Shown in pieces: positions 11,934 through 26,900 of a stretch of DNA of 64,000 bases. The notes below the pieces were generated by a model. It saw only the letters and a list, made by a program, of their open reading frames with translations. It did no database searches and had not been told where the DNA came from. The first letter of the stretch is position 1; every line of letters begins with the position of its first letter. The position numbers and the translations under genes were made by a program. This DNA comes from Auanema rhodensis (taxonomy: Eukaryota; Animalia; Nematoda): contig OZ059897.1 of the NCBI GenBank assembly GCA_964057225.1, forward strand, positions 20,026,001-20,090,000, read 5' to 3'.

Positions 11934-14900
11934 AACACAGATCGACGCAGCTTAAAAATCCGCATCGAATGCACTATACTACATTGGGAAACGCTTAATA
12001 CAAAAATTAGTTATGATCGTTTGAAAAATGATGCATTAGTGTATGTTGAGTTTCCATGTACACTCAACATTGCTTCCAAAAACATTTTGACAAAAATTTT
12101 TTCGAAAAATTTCAAAATAATTTAGCAAAAAGTAGATGTTTTTAGATTCCTTTTTTCAAGGCAAAGACGATGGACAATGTTATTCAACGAAAAAATTAAT
12201 TCTTCAGGGTGAAAATCGAGGATATAAGTGTAAACTTATATCAGTTGATATCTCGGTGCATTTTTAAGCTAGCGCAAATCTGATAACACAGATCGACGCA
12301 GCTTAAAAATCCGCATCGAATGCACTATACTACATTGGGAAACGCTTAATACAAAAATTAGTTATGATCGTTTGAAAAATGATGCATTAGTGTATGTTGA
12401 GTTTCCATGTACACTCAACATTGCTTCCAAAAACATTTTGACAAAAATTTTTTCGAAAAATTTCAAAATAATTTAGCAAAAAGTAGATGTTTTTAGATTC
12501 CTTTTTTCAAGGCAAAGACGATGGACAATGTTATTTAACGAAAAAATTAATTCTTCAGGGTGAAAATCGAGGATATAAGTGTAAACTTATATCAGTTGAT
12601 ATCTCGGTGCATTTTTAAGCTAGCGCAAATCTGATAACACAGATCGACGCAGCTTAAAAATCCGCATCGAATGCACTATACTACATTGAGAAACGCTTAA
12701 TACAAAAATTAGTTATGATCGTTTGAAAAATGATGCATTAGTGTATGTTGAGTTTCCATGTACACTCAACATTGCTTCCAAAAACATTTTGACAAAAATT
12801 TTTTCGAAAAATTTCAAAATAATTTAGCCAAAAGTAGATGTTTTTAGATTACTTTTTTCAAGGCAAAGACGATGGACAATGTTATTCAACGAAAAAATTA
12901 ATTCTTCAGGGTGAAAATCGAGGATATAAGTGTAAACTTATATCAGTTGATATCTCGGTGCATTTTTAAGCTAGCGCAAATCTGATAACACAGATCGACG
13001 CAGCTTAAAAATCCGCATCGAATGCACTATACTACATTGAGAAACGCTTAATACAAAAATTAGTTATGATCGTTTGAAAAATGATGCATTAGTGTATGTT
13101 GAGTTTCCATGTACACTCAACATTGCTTCCAAAAACATTTTGACAAAAATTTTTTCGAAAAATTTCAAAATAATTTAGCAAAAAGTAGATGTTTTTAGAT
13201 TCCTTTTTTCAAGGCAAAGACGATGGACAATGTTATTTAACGAAAAAATTAATTCTTCAGGGTGAAAATCGAGGATATAAGTGTAAACTTATATCAGTTG
13301 ATATCTCGGTGCATTTTTAAGCTAGCGCAAATCTGATAACACAGATCGACGCAGCTTAAAAATCCGCATCGAATGCACTATACTACATGGAAGAACGCTT
13401 AATACAAAAATTAGTTATGATCGTTTGAAAAATGATGCATTAGTGTATGTTGAGTTTCCATGTACACTCAACATTGCTTCCAAAAACATTTTGACAAAAA
13501 TTTTTTCGAAAAATTTCAAAATAATTTAGCAAAAAGTAGATGTTTTTAGCTTTCTTTTTTCAAGGCAAAGACGATGGACAATGTTATTCAACGAAAAAAT
13601 TAATTCTTCAGGGTGAAAATCGAGGATATAAGTGTAAACTTATATCAGTTGATATCTCGGTGCATTTTTAAGCTAGCGCAAATCTGATAACACAGATCGA
13701 CGCAGCTTAAAAATCCGCATCGAATGCACTATACTACATTGGGAAACGCTTAATACAAAAATTAGTTATGATCGTTTGAAAAATGATGCATTAGTGTATG
13801 TTGAGTTTCCATGTACACTCAACATTGCTTCCAAAAACATTTTGACAAAAATTTTTTCGAAAAATTTCAAAATAATTTAGCAAAAAGTAGATGTTTTTAG
13901 ATTCCTTTTTTCAAGGCAAAGACGATGGACAATGTTATTCAACGAAAAAATTAATTCTTCAGGGTGAAAATCGAGGATATAAGTGTAAACTTATATCAGT
14001 TGATATCTCGGTGCATTTTTAAGCTAGCGCAAATCTGATAACACAGATCGACGCAGCTTAAAAATCCGCATCGAATGCACTATACTACATTGGGAAACGC
14101 TTAATACAAAAATTAGTTATGATCGTTTGAAAAATGATGCATTAGTGTATGTTGAGTTTCCATGTACACTCAACATTGCTTCCAAAAACATTTTGACAAA
14201 AATTTTTTCGAAAAATTTCAAAATAATTTAGCAAAAAGTAGATGTTTTTAGATTCCTTTTTTCAAGGCAAAGACGATGGACAATGTTATTCAACGAAAAA
14301 ATTAATTCTTCAGGGTGAAAATCGAGGATATAAGTGTAAACTTATATCAGTTGATATCTCGGTGCATTTTTAAGCTAGCGCAAATCTGATAACACAGATC
14401 GACGCAGCTTAAAAATCCGCATCGAATGCACTATACTACATTGGGAAACGCTTAATACAAAAATTAGTTATGATCGTTTGAAAAATGATGCATTAGTGTA
14501 TGTTGAGTTTCCATGTACACTCAACATTGCTTCCAAAAACATTTTGACAAAAATTTTTTCGAAAAATTTCAAAATAATTTAGCAAAAAGTAGATGTTTTT
14601 AGATTCCTTTTTTCAAGGCAAAGACGATGGACAATGTTATTCAACGAAAAAATTAATTCTTCAGGGTGAAAATCGAGGATATAAGTGTAAACTTATATCA
14701 GTTGATATCTCGGTGCATTTTTAAGCTAGCGCAAATCTGATAACACAGATCGACGCAGCTTAAAAATCCGCATCGAATACACTATACTACATTGGGAAAC
14801 GCTTAATACAAAAATTAGTTATGATCGTTTGAAAAATGATGCATTAGTGTATGTTGAGTTTCCATGTACACTCAACATTGCTTCCAAAAACATTTTGACA

Positions 14901-17900
14901 AAAATTTTTTCGAAAAATTTCAAAATAATTTAGCAAAAAGTAGATGTTTTTAGATTCCTTTTTTCAAGGCAAAGACGATGGACAATGTTATTCAACGAAA
15001 AAATTAATTCTTCAGGGTGAAAATCGAGGATATAAGTGTAAACTTATATCAGTTGATATCTCGGTGCATTTTTAAGCTAGCGCAAATCTGATAACACAGA
15101 TCGACGCAGCTTAAAAATCCGCATCGAATGCACTATACTACATTGAGAAACGCTTAATACAAAAATTAGTTATGATCGTTTGAAAAATGATGCATTAGTG
15201 TATGTTGAGTTTCCATGTACACTCAACATTGCTTCCAAAAACATTTTGACAAAAATTTTTTCGAAAAATTTCAAAATAATTCAGCAAAAAGTAGATGTTT
15301 TTAGATTCCTTTTTTCAAGGCAAAGACGATGGACAATGTTATTTAACGAAAAAATTAATTCTTCAGGGTGAAAATCGAGAATATAAGTGTAAACTTATAT
15401 CAGTTGATATCTCGGTGCATTTTTAAGCTAGCGCAAATCTGATAACACAGATCGACGCAGCTTAAAAATCCGCATCGAATGCACTATACTACATGGAAGA
15501 ACGCTTAATACAAAAATTAGTTATGATCGTTTGAAAAATGATGCATTAGTGTATGTTGAGTTTCCATGTACACTCAACATTGCTTCCAAAAACATTTTGA
15601 CAAAAATTTTTTCGAAAAATTTCAAAATAATTTAGCAAAAAGTAGATGTTTTTAGATTCCTTTTTTCAAGGCAAAGACGATGGACAATGTTATTCAACGA
15701 AAAAATTAATTCTTCAGGGTGAAAATCGAGGATATAAGTGTAAACTTATATCAGTTGATATCTCGGTGCATTTTTAAGCTAGCGCAAATCTGATAACACA
15801 GATCGACGCAGCTTAAAAATCCGCATTGAATGCACTATACTACATTGGGAAACGCTTAATACAAAAATTAGTTATGATCGTTTGAAAAATGATGCATTAG
15901 TGTATGTTGAGTTTCCATGTACACTCAACATTGCTTCCAAAAACATTTTGACAAAAATTTTTTCGAAAAATTTCAAAATAATTTAGCAAAAAGTAGATGT
16001 TTTTAGATTCCTTTTTTCAAGGCAAAGACGATGGACAATGTTATTCAACGAAAAAATTAATTCTTCAGGGTGAAAATCGAGGATATAAGTGTAAACTTAT
16101 ATCAGTTGATATCTCGGTGCATTTTTAAGCTAGCGCAAATCTGATAACACAGATCGACGCAGCTTAAAAATCCGCATTGAATGCACTATACTACATTGGG
16201 AAACGCTTAATACAAAAATTAGTTATGATCGTTTGAAAAATGATGCATTAGTGTATGTTGAGTTTCCATGTACACTCAACATTGCTTCCAAAAACATTTT
16301 GACAAAAATTTTTTCGAAAATTTTCAAAATAATTTAGCAAAAAGTAGATGTTTTTAGATTCCTTTTTTCAAGGCAAAGACGATGGACAATGTTATTCAAC
16401 GAAAAAATTAATTCTTCAGGGTGAAAATCGAGGATATAAGTGTAAACTTATATCAGTTGATATCTCGGTGCATTTTTAAGCTAGCGCAAATCTGATAACA
16501 CAGATCGACGCAGCTTACAAATCCGCATCGAATGCACTATACTACATTGAGAAACGCTTAATACAAAAATTAGTTATGATCGTTTGAAAAATGATGCATT
16601 AGTGTATGTTGAGTTTCCATGTACACTCAACATTGCTTCCAAAAACATTTTGACAAAAATTTTTTCGAAAAATTTCAAAATAATTCAGCAAAAAGTAGAT
16701 GTTTTTAGATTCCTTTTTTCAAGGCAAAGACGATGGACAATGTTATTTAACGAAAAAATTAATTCTTCAGGGTGAAAATCGAGAATATAAGTGTAAACTT
16801 ATATCAGTTGATATCTCGGTGCATTTTTAAGCTAGCGCAAATCTGATAACACAGATCGACGCAGCTTAAAAATCCGCATCGAATGCACTATACTACATTG
16901 GGAAACGCTTAATACAAAAATTAGTTATGATCGTTTGAAAAATGATGCATTAGTGTATGTTGAGTTTCCATGTACACTCAACATTGCTTCCAAAAACATT
17001 TTGACAAAAATTTTTTCGAAAAATTTCAAAATAATTTAGCAAAAAGTAGATGTTTTTAGATTCCTTTTTTCAAGGCAAAGACGATGGACAATGTTATTCA
17101 ACGAAAAAATTAATTCTTCAGGGTGAAAATCGAGGATATAAGTGTAAACTTATATCAGTTGATATCTCGGTGCATTTTTAAGCTAGCGCAAATCTGATAA
17201 CACAGATCGACGCAGCTTAAAAATCCGCATCGAATGCACTATACTACATTGAGAAACGCTTAATACAAAAATTAGTTATGATCGTTTGAAAAATGATGCA
17301 TTAGTGTATGTTGAGTTTCCATGTACACTCAACATTGCTTCCAAAAACATTTTGACAAAAATTTTTTCGAAAAATTTCAAAATAATTTAGCAAAAAGTAG
17401 ATGTTTTTAGATTCCTTTTTTCAAGGCAAAGACGATGGACAATGTTATTTAACGAAAAAATTAATTCTTCAGGGTGAAAATCGAGGATATAAGTGTAAAC
17501 TTATATCAGTTGATATCTCGGTGCATTTTTAAGCTAGCGCAAATCTGATAACACAGATCGACGCAGCTTAAAAATCCGCATCGAATGCACTATACTACAT
17601 TGAGAAACGCTTAATACAAAAATTAGTTATGATCGTTTGAAAAATGATGCATTAGTGTATGTTGAGTTTCCATGTACACTCAACATTGCTTCCAAAAACA
17701 TTTTGACAAAAATTTTTTCGAAAAATTTCAAAATAATTTAGCCAAAAGTAGATGTTTTTAGATTACTTTTTTCAAGGCAAAGACGATGGACAATGTTATT
17801 CAACGAAAAAATTAATTCTTCAGGGTGAAAATCGAGGATATAAGTGTAAACTTATATCAGTTGATATCTCGGTGCATTTTTAAGCTAGCGCAAATCTGAT

Positions 17901-20900
17901 AACACAGATCGACGCAGCTTAAAAATCCGCATCGAATGCACTATACTACATTGAGAAACGCTTAATACAAAAATTAGTTATGATCGTTTGAAAAATGATG
18001 CATTAGTGTATGTTGAGTTTCCATGTACACTCAACATTGCTTCCAAAAACATTTTGACAAAAATTTTTTCGAAAAATTTCAAAATAATTTAGCCAAAAGT
18101 AGATGTTTTTAGATTACTTTTTTCAAGGCAAAGACGATGGACAATGTTATTCAACGAAAAAATTAATTCTTCAGGGTGAAAATCGAGGATATAAGTGTGA
18201 ACTTATATCAGTTGATATCTCGGTACATTTTTAAGCTAGCGCAAATCTGATAACACAGATCGACGCAGCTTAAAAATCCGCATCGAATGCACTATACTAC
18301 ATTGAGAAACGCTTAATACAAAAATTAGTTATGATCGTTTGAAAAATGATGCATTAGTGTATGTTGAGTTTCCATGTACACTCAACATTGCTTCCAAAAA
18401 CATTTTGACAAAAATTTTTTCGAAAAATTTCAAAATAATTTAGCAAAAAGTAGATGTTTTTAGATTCCTTTTTTCAAGGCAAAGACGATGGACAATGTTA
18501 TTTAACGAAAAAATTAATTCTTCAGGGTGAAAATCGAGGATATAAGTGTAAACTTATATCAGTTGATATCTCGGTGCATTTTTAAGCTAGCGCAAATCTG
18601 ATAACACAGATCGACGCAGCTTAAAAATCCGCATCGAATGCACTATACTACATGGAAGAACGCTTAATACAAAAATTAGTTATGATCGTTTGAAAAATGA
18701 TGCATTAGTGTATGTTGAGTTTCCATGTACACTCAACATTGCTTCCAAAAACATTTTGACAAAAATTTTTTCGAAAAATTTCAAAATAATTTAGCAAAAA
18801 GTAGATGTTTTTAGATTCCTTTTTTCAAGGCGAAGACGATGGACAATGTTATTGAACGAAAAAATTATTTCTTCAGGGTGAAAATCGAGGATATAAGTGT
18901 GAACTTATATCAGTTGATATATCGGTGCATTTTTAAGCTAGCGCAAATCTGATAACACAGATCGACGCAGCTTAAAAATCCGCATCGAATGCACTATACT
19001 ACATTGAGAAACGCTTAATACAAAAATTAGTTATGATCGTTTGAAAAATGATGCATTAGTGTATGTTGAGTTTCCATGTACACTCAACATTGCTTCCAAA
19101 AACATTTTGACAAAAATTTTTTCGAAAAATTTCAAAATAATTTAGCAAAAAGTAGATGTTTTTAGATTCCTTTTTTCAAGGCAAAGACGATGGACAATGT
19201 TATTTAACGAAAAAATTAATTCTTCAGGGTGAAAATCGAGGATATAAGTGTAAACTTATATCAGTTGATATCTCGGTGCATTTTTAAGCTAGCGCAAATC
19301 TGATAACACAGATCGACGCAGCTTAAAAATCCGCATCGAATGCACTATACTACATTGAGAAACGCTTAATACAAAAATTAGTTATGATCGTTTGAAAAAT
19401 GATGCATTAGTGTATGTTGAGTTTCCATGTACACTCAACATTGCTTCCAAAAACATTTTGACAAAAATTTTTTCGAAAAATTTCAAAATAATTTAGCCAA
19501 AAGTAGATGTTTTTAGATTACTTTTTTCAAGGCAAAGACGATGGACAATGTTATTCAACGAAAAAATTAATTCTTCAGGGTGAAAATCGAGGATATAAGT
19601 GTAAACTTATATCAGTTGATATCTCGGTGCATTTTTAAGCTAGCGCAAATCTGATAACACAGATCGACGCAGCTTAAAAATCCGCATCGAATGCACTATA
19701 CTACATTGAGAAACGCTTAATACAAAAATTAGTTATGATCGTTTGAAAAATGATGCATTAGTGTATGTTGAGTTTCCATGTACACTCAACATTGCTTCCA
19801 AAAACATTTTGACAAAAATTTTTTCGAAAAATTTCAAAATAATTTAGCAAAAAGTAGATGTTTTTAGATTCCTTTTTTTCAAGGCAAAGACGATGGACAA
19901 TGTTATTTAACGAAAAAATTAATTCTTCAGGGTGAAAATCGAGGATATAAGTGTGAACTTATATCAGTTGATATATCGGTGCATTTTTAAGCTAGCGCAA
20001 ATCTGATAACACAGATCGACGCAGCTTAAAAATCCGCATCGAATGCACTATACTACATTGAGAAACGCTTAATACAAAAATTAGTTATGATCGTTTGAAA
20101 AATGATGCATTAGTGTATGTTGAGTTTCCATGTACACTCAACATTGCTTCCAAAAACATTTTGACAAAAATTTTTTCGAAAAATTTCAAAATAATTTAGC
20201 AAAAAGTAGATGTTTTTAGATTCCTTTTTTCAAGGCAAAGACGATGGACAATGTTATTTAACGAAAAAATTAATTCTTCAGGGTGAAAATCGAGGATATA
20301 AGTGTAAACTTATATCAGTTGATATCTCGGTGCATTTTTAAGCTAGCGCAAATCTGATAACACAGATCGACGCAGCTTAAAAATCCGCATCGAATGCACT
20401 ATACTACATTGAGAAACGCTTAATACAAAAATTAGTTATGATCGTTTGAAAAATGATGCATTAGTGTATGTTGAGTTTCCATGTACACTCAACATTGCTT
20501 CCAAAAACATTTTGACAAAAATTTTTTCGAAAAATTTCAAAATAATTTAGCCAAAAGTAGATGTTTTTAGATTACTTTTTTCAAGGCAAAGACGATGGAC
20601 AATGTTATTCAACGAAAAAATTAATTCTTCAGGGTGAAAATCGAGGATATAAGTGTAAACTTATATCAGTTGATATCTCGGTGCATTTTTAAGCTAGCGC
20701 AAATCTGATAACACAGATCGACGCAGCTTAAAAATCCGCATCGAATGCACTATACTACATTGAGAAACGCTTAATACAAAAATTAGTTATGATCGTTTGA
20801 AAAATGATGCATTAGTGTATGTTGAGTTTCCATGTACACTCAACATTGCTTCCAAAAACATTTTGACAAAAATTTTTTCGAAAAATTTCAAAATAATTTA

Positions 20901-23900
20901 GCAAAAAGTAGATGTTTTTAAATTCCTTTTTTCAAGGCAAAGACGATGGACAATGTTATTTAACGAAAAAATTAATTCTTCAGGGTGAAAATCGAGGATA
21001 TAAGTGTAAACTTATATCAGTTGATATCTCGGTGCATTTTTAAGCTAGCGCAAATCTGATAACACAGATCGACGCCGCTTAAAAATCCGCATCGAATGCA
21101 CTATACTACATGGAAGAACGCTTAATACAAAAATTAGTTATGATCGTTTGAAAAATGATGCATTAGTGTATGTTGAGTTTCCATGTACACTCAACATTGC
21201 TTCCAAAAACATTTTGACAAAAATTTTTTCGAAAAATTTCAAAATAATTTAGCTAAAAGTAGATGTTTTTAGATTCCTTTTTTCAAGGCGAAGACGATGG
21301 ACAATGTTATTGAACGAAAAAATTATTTCTTCAGGGTGAAAATCGAGGATATAAGTGTGAACTTATATCAGTTGATATATCGGTGCATTTTTAAGCTAGC
21401 GCAAATCTGATAACACAGATCGACGCAGCTTAAAAATCCGCATCGAATGCACTATACTACATTGAGAAACGCTTAATACAAAAATTAGTTATGATCGTTT
21501 GAAAAATGATGCATTAGTGTATGTTGAGTTTCCATGTACACTCAACATTGCTTCCAAAAACATTTTGACAAAAATTTTTTCGAAAAATTTCAAAATAATT
21601 TAGCAAAAAGTAGATGTTTTTAGATTCCTTTTTTCAAGGCAAAGACGATGGACAATGTTATTTAACGAAAAAATTAATTCTTCAGGGTGAAAATCGAGGA
21701 TATAAGTGTAAACTTATATCAGTTGATATCTCGGTGCATTTTTAAGCTAGCGCAAATCTGATAACACAGATCGACGCAGCTTAAAAATCCGCATCGAATG
21801 CACTATACTACATTGAGAAACGCTTAATACAAAAATTAGTTATGATCGTTTGAAAAATGATGCATTAGTGTATGTTGAGTTTCCATGTACACTCAACATT
21901 GCTTCCAAAAACATTTTGACAAAAATTTTTTCGAAAAATTTCAAAATAATTTAGCCAAAAGTAGATGTTTTTAGATTACTTTTTTCAAGGCAAAGACGAT
22001 GGACAATGTTATTCAACGAAAAAATTAATTCTTCAGGGTGAAAATCGAGGATATAAGTGTAAACTTATATCAGTTGATATCTCGGTGCATTTTTAAGCTA
22101 GCGCAAATCTGATAACACAGATCGACGCAGCTTAAAAATCCGCATCGAATGCACTATACTACATTGAGAAACGCTTAATACAAAAATTAGTTATGATCGT
22201 TTGAAAAATGATGCATTAGTGTATGTTGAGTTTCCATGTACACTCAACATTGCTTCCAAAAACATTTTGACAAAAATTTTTTCGAAAAATTTCAAAATAA
22301 TTTAGCAAAAAGTAGATGTTTTTAGATTCCTTTTTTCAAGGCAAAGACGATGGACAATGTTATTTAACGAAAAAATTAATTCTTCAGGGTGAAAATCGAG
22401 GATATAAGTGTAAACTTATATCAGTTGATATCTCGGTGCATTTTTAAGCTAGCGCAAATCTGATAACACAGATCGACGCAGCTTAAAAATCCGCATCGAA
22501 TGCACTATACTACATTGAGAAACGCTTAATACAAAAATTAGTTATGATCGTTTGAAAAATGATGCATTAGTGTATGTTGAGTTTCCATGTACACTCAACA
22601 TTGCTTCCAAAAACATTTTGACAAAAATTTTTTCGAAAAATTTCAAAATAATTTAGCAAAAAGTAGATGTTTTTAGATTTCTTTTTTCAAGGCAAAGACG
22701 ATGGACAATGTTATTCAACGAAAAAATTAATTCTTCAGGGTGAAAATCGAGGATATAAGTGTAAACATATATCAGTTGATATCTCGGTGCATTTTTAAGC
22801 TAGCGCAAATCTGATAACACAGATCGACGCAGCTTAAAAATCCGCATCGAATGCACTATACTACATTGGGAAACGCTTAATACAAAAATTAGTTATGATC
22901 GTTTGAAAAATGATGCATTAGTGTATGTTGAGTTTCCATGTACACTCAACATTGCTTCCAAAAACATTTTGACAAAAATTTTTTCGAAAAATTTCAAAAT
23001 AATTTAGCAAAAAGTAGATGTTTTTAGATTCCTTTTCTCAAGGCAAAGACGATGGACAATGTTATTCAACGAAAAAATTAATTCTTCAGGGTGAAAATCG
23101 AGGATATAAGTGTAAACTTATATCAGTTGATATCTCGGTGCATTTTTAAGCTAGCGCAAATCTGATAACACAGATCGACGCAGCTTAAAAATCCGCATCG
23201 AATGCACTATACTACATTGGGAAACGCTTAATACAAAAATTAGTTATGATCGTTTGAAAAATGATGCATTAGTGTATGTTGAGTTTCCATGTACACTCAA
23301 CATTGCTTCCAAAAACATTTTGACAAAAATTTTTTCGAAAAATTTCAGAATAATTTAGCAAAAAGTAGATGTTTTTAGATTCCTTTTTTCAAGGCAAAGA
23401 CGATGGACAATGTTATTCAACGAAAAAATTAATTCTTCAGGGTGAAAATCGAGGATATAAGTGTAAACTTATATCAGTTGATATCTCGGTGCATTTTTAA
23501 GCTAGCGCAAATCTGATAACACAGATCGACGCAGCTTAAAAATCCGCATCGAATGCACTATACTACATTGAGAAACGCTTAATACAAAAATTAGTTATGA
23601 TCGTTTGAAAAATGATGCATTAGTGTATGTTGAGTTTCCATGTACACTCAACATTGCTTCCAAAAACATTTTGACAAAAATTTTTTCGAAAAATTTCAAA
23701 ATAATTCAGCAAAAAGTAGATGTTTTTAGATTCCTTTTTTCAAGGCAAAGACGATGGACAATGTTATTTAACGAAAAAATTAATTCTTCAGGGTGAAAAT
23801 CGAGAATATAAGTGTAAACTTATATCAGTTGATATCTCGGTGCATTTTTAAGCTAGCGCAAATCTGATAACACAGATCGACGCAGCTTAAAAATCCGCAT

Positions 23901-26900
23901 CGAATGCACTATACTACATGGAAGAACGCTTAATACAAAAATTAGTTATGATCGTTTGAAAAATGATGCATTAGTGTATGTTGAGTTTCCATGTACACTC
24001 AACATTGCTTCCAAAAACATTTTGACAAAAATTTTTTCGAAAAATTTCAAAATAATTTAGCAAAAAGTAGATGTTTTTAGATTTCTTTTTTCAAGGCAAA
24101 GACGATGGACAATGTTATTCAACGAAAAAATTAATTCTTCAGGGTGAAAATCGAGGATATAAGTGTAAACTTATATCAGTTGATATCTCGGTGCATTTTT
24201 AAGCTAGCGCAAATCTGATAACACAGATCGACGCAGCTTAAAAATCCGCATCGAATGCACTATACTACATTGGGAAACGCTTAATACAAAAATTAGTTAT
24301 GATCGTTTGAAAAATGATGCATTAGTGTATGTTGAGTTTCCATGTACACTCAACATTGCTTCCAAAAACATTTTGACAAAAATTTTTTCGAAAAATTTCA
24401 AAATAATTTAGCAAAAAGTAGATGTTTTTAGATTCCTTTTTTCAAGGCAAAGACGATGGACAATGTTATTCAACGAAAAAATTAATTCTTCAGGGTGAAA
24501 ATCGAGGATATAAGTGTAAACTTATATCAGTTGATATCTCGGTGCATTTTTAAGCTAGCGCAAATCTGATAACACAGATCGACGCAGCTTAAAAATCCGC
24601 ATCGAATGCACTATACTACATTGGGAAACGCTTAATACAAAAATTAGTTATGATCGTTTGAAAAATGATGCATTAGTGTATGTTGAGTTTCCATGTACAC
24701 TCAACATTGCTTCCAAAAACATTTTGACAAAAATTTTTTCGAAAAATTTCAAAATAATTTAGCAAAAAGTAGATGTTTTTAGATTCCTTTTTTCAAGGCA
24801 AAGACGATGGACAATGTTATTCAACGAAAAAATTAATTCTTCAGGGTGAAAATCGAGGATATAAGTGTAAACTTATATCAGTTGATATCTCGGTGCATTT
24901 TTAAGCTAGCGCAAATCTGATAACACAGATCGACGCAGCTTAAAAATCCGCATCGAATGCACTATACTACATTGAGAAACGCTTAATACAAAAATTAGTT
25001 ATGATCGTTTGAAAAATGATGCATTAGTGTATGTTGAGTTTCCATGTACACTCAACATTGCTTCCAAAAACATTTTGACAAAAATTTTTTCGAAAAATTT
25101 CAAAATAATTCAGCAAAAAGTAGATGTTTTTAGATTCCTTTTTTCAAGGCAAAGACGATGGACAATGTTATTTAACGAAAAAATTAATTCTTCAGGGTGA
25201 AAATCGAGAATATAAGTGTAAACTTATATCAGTTGATATCTCGGTGCATTTTTAAGCTAGCGCAAATCTGATAACACAGATCGACGCAGCTTAAAAATCC
25301 GCATCGAATGCACTATACTACATGGAAGAACGCTTAATACAAAAATTAGTTATGATCGTTTGAAAAATGATGCATTAGTGTATGTTGAGTTTCCATGTAC
25401 ACTCAACATTGCTTCCAAAAACATTTTGACAAAAATTTTTTCGAAAAATTTCAAAATAATTTAGCAAAAAGTAGATGTTTTTAGATTCCTTTTTTCAAGG
25501 CAAAGACGATGGACAATGTTATTCAACGAAAAAATTAATTCTTCAGGGTGAAAATCGAGGATATAAGTGTAAACTTATATCAGTTGATATCTCGGTGCAT
25601 TTTTAAGCTAGCGCAAATCTGATAACACAGATCGACGCAGCTTAAAAATCCGCATCGAATGCACTATACTACATTGGGAAACGCTTAATACAAAAATTAG
25701 TTATGATCGTTTGAAAAATGATGCATTAGTGTATGTTGAGTTTCCATGTACACTCAACATTGCTTCCAAAAACATTTTGACAAAAATTTTTTCGAAAAAT
25801 TTCAAAATAATTTAGCAAAAAGTAGATGTTTTTAGATTCCTTTTTTCAAGGCAAAGACGATGGACAATGTTATTCAACGAAAAAATTAATTCTTCAGGGT
25901 GAAAATCGAGGATATAAGTGTAAACTTATATCAGTTGATATCTCGGTGCATTTTTAAGCTAGCGCAAATCTGATAACACAGATCGACGCAGCTTAAAAAT
26001 CCGCATCGAATGCACTATACTACATTGAGAAACGCTTAATACAAAAATTAGTTATGATCGTTTGAAAAATGATGCATTAGTGTATGTTGAGTTTCCATGT
26101 ACACTCAACATTGCTTCCAAAAACATTTTGACAAAAATTTTTTCGAAAAATTTCAAAATAATTTAGCAAAAAGTAGATGTTTTTAGATTCCTTTTTTCAA
26201 GGCGAAGACGATGGACAATGTTATTTAACGAAAAAATTAATTCTTCAGGGTGAAAATCGAGGATATAAGTGTAAACTTATATCAGTTGATATCTCGGTGC
26301 ATTTTTAAGCTAGCGCAAATCTGATAACACAGATCGACGCAGCTTAAAAATCCGCATCGAATGCACTATACTACATTGAGAAACGCTTAATACAAAAATT
26401 AGTTATGATCGTTTGAAAAATGATGCATTAGTGTATGTTGAGTTTCCATGTACACTCAACATTGCTTCCAAAAACATTTTGACAAAAATTTTTTCGAAAA
26501 ATTTCAAAATAATTTAGCAAAAAGTAGATGTTTTTAGATTACTTTTTTCAAGGCAAAGACGATGGACAATGTTATTCAACGAAAAAATTAATTCTTCAGG
26601 GTGAAAATCGAGGATATAAGTGTAAACTTATATCAGTTGATATCTCGGTGCATTTTTAAGCTAGCGCAAATCTGATAACACAGATCGACGCAGCTTAAAA
26701 ATCCGCATCGAATGCACTATACTACATTGAGAAACGCTTAATACAAAAATTAGTTATGATCGTTTGAAAAATGATGCATTAGTGTATGTTGAGTTTCCAT
26801 GTACACTCAACATTGCTTCCAAAAACATTTTGACAAAAATTTTTTCGAAAAATTTCAAAATAATTTAGCCAAAAGTAGATGTTTTTAGATTACTTTTTTC

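Noticed and set aside
15180-15371. 63-aa ORF (also at 16584, 23605 and 25009) as a real CDS
   Set aside because: TTG start, AT-driven composition, no recognisable domain, and interrupted by TAG in the other monomers; it results from a single SNP.
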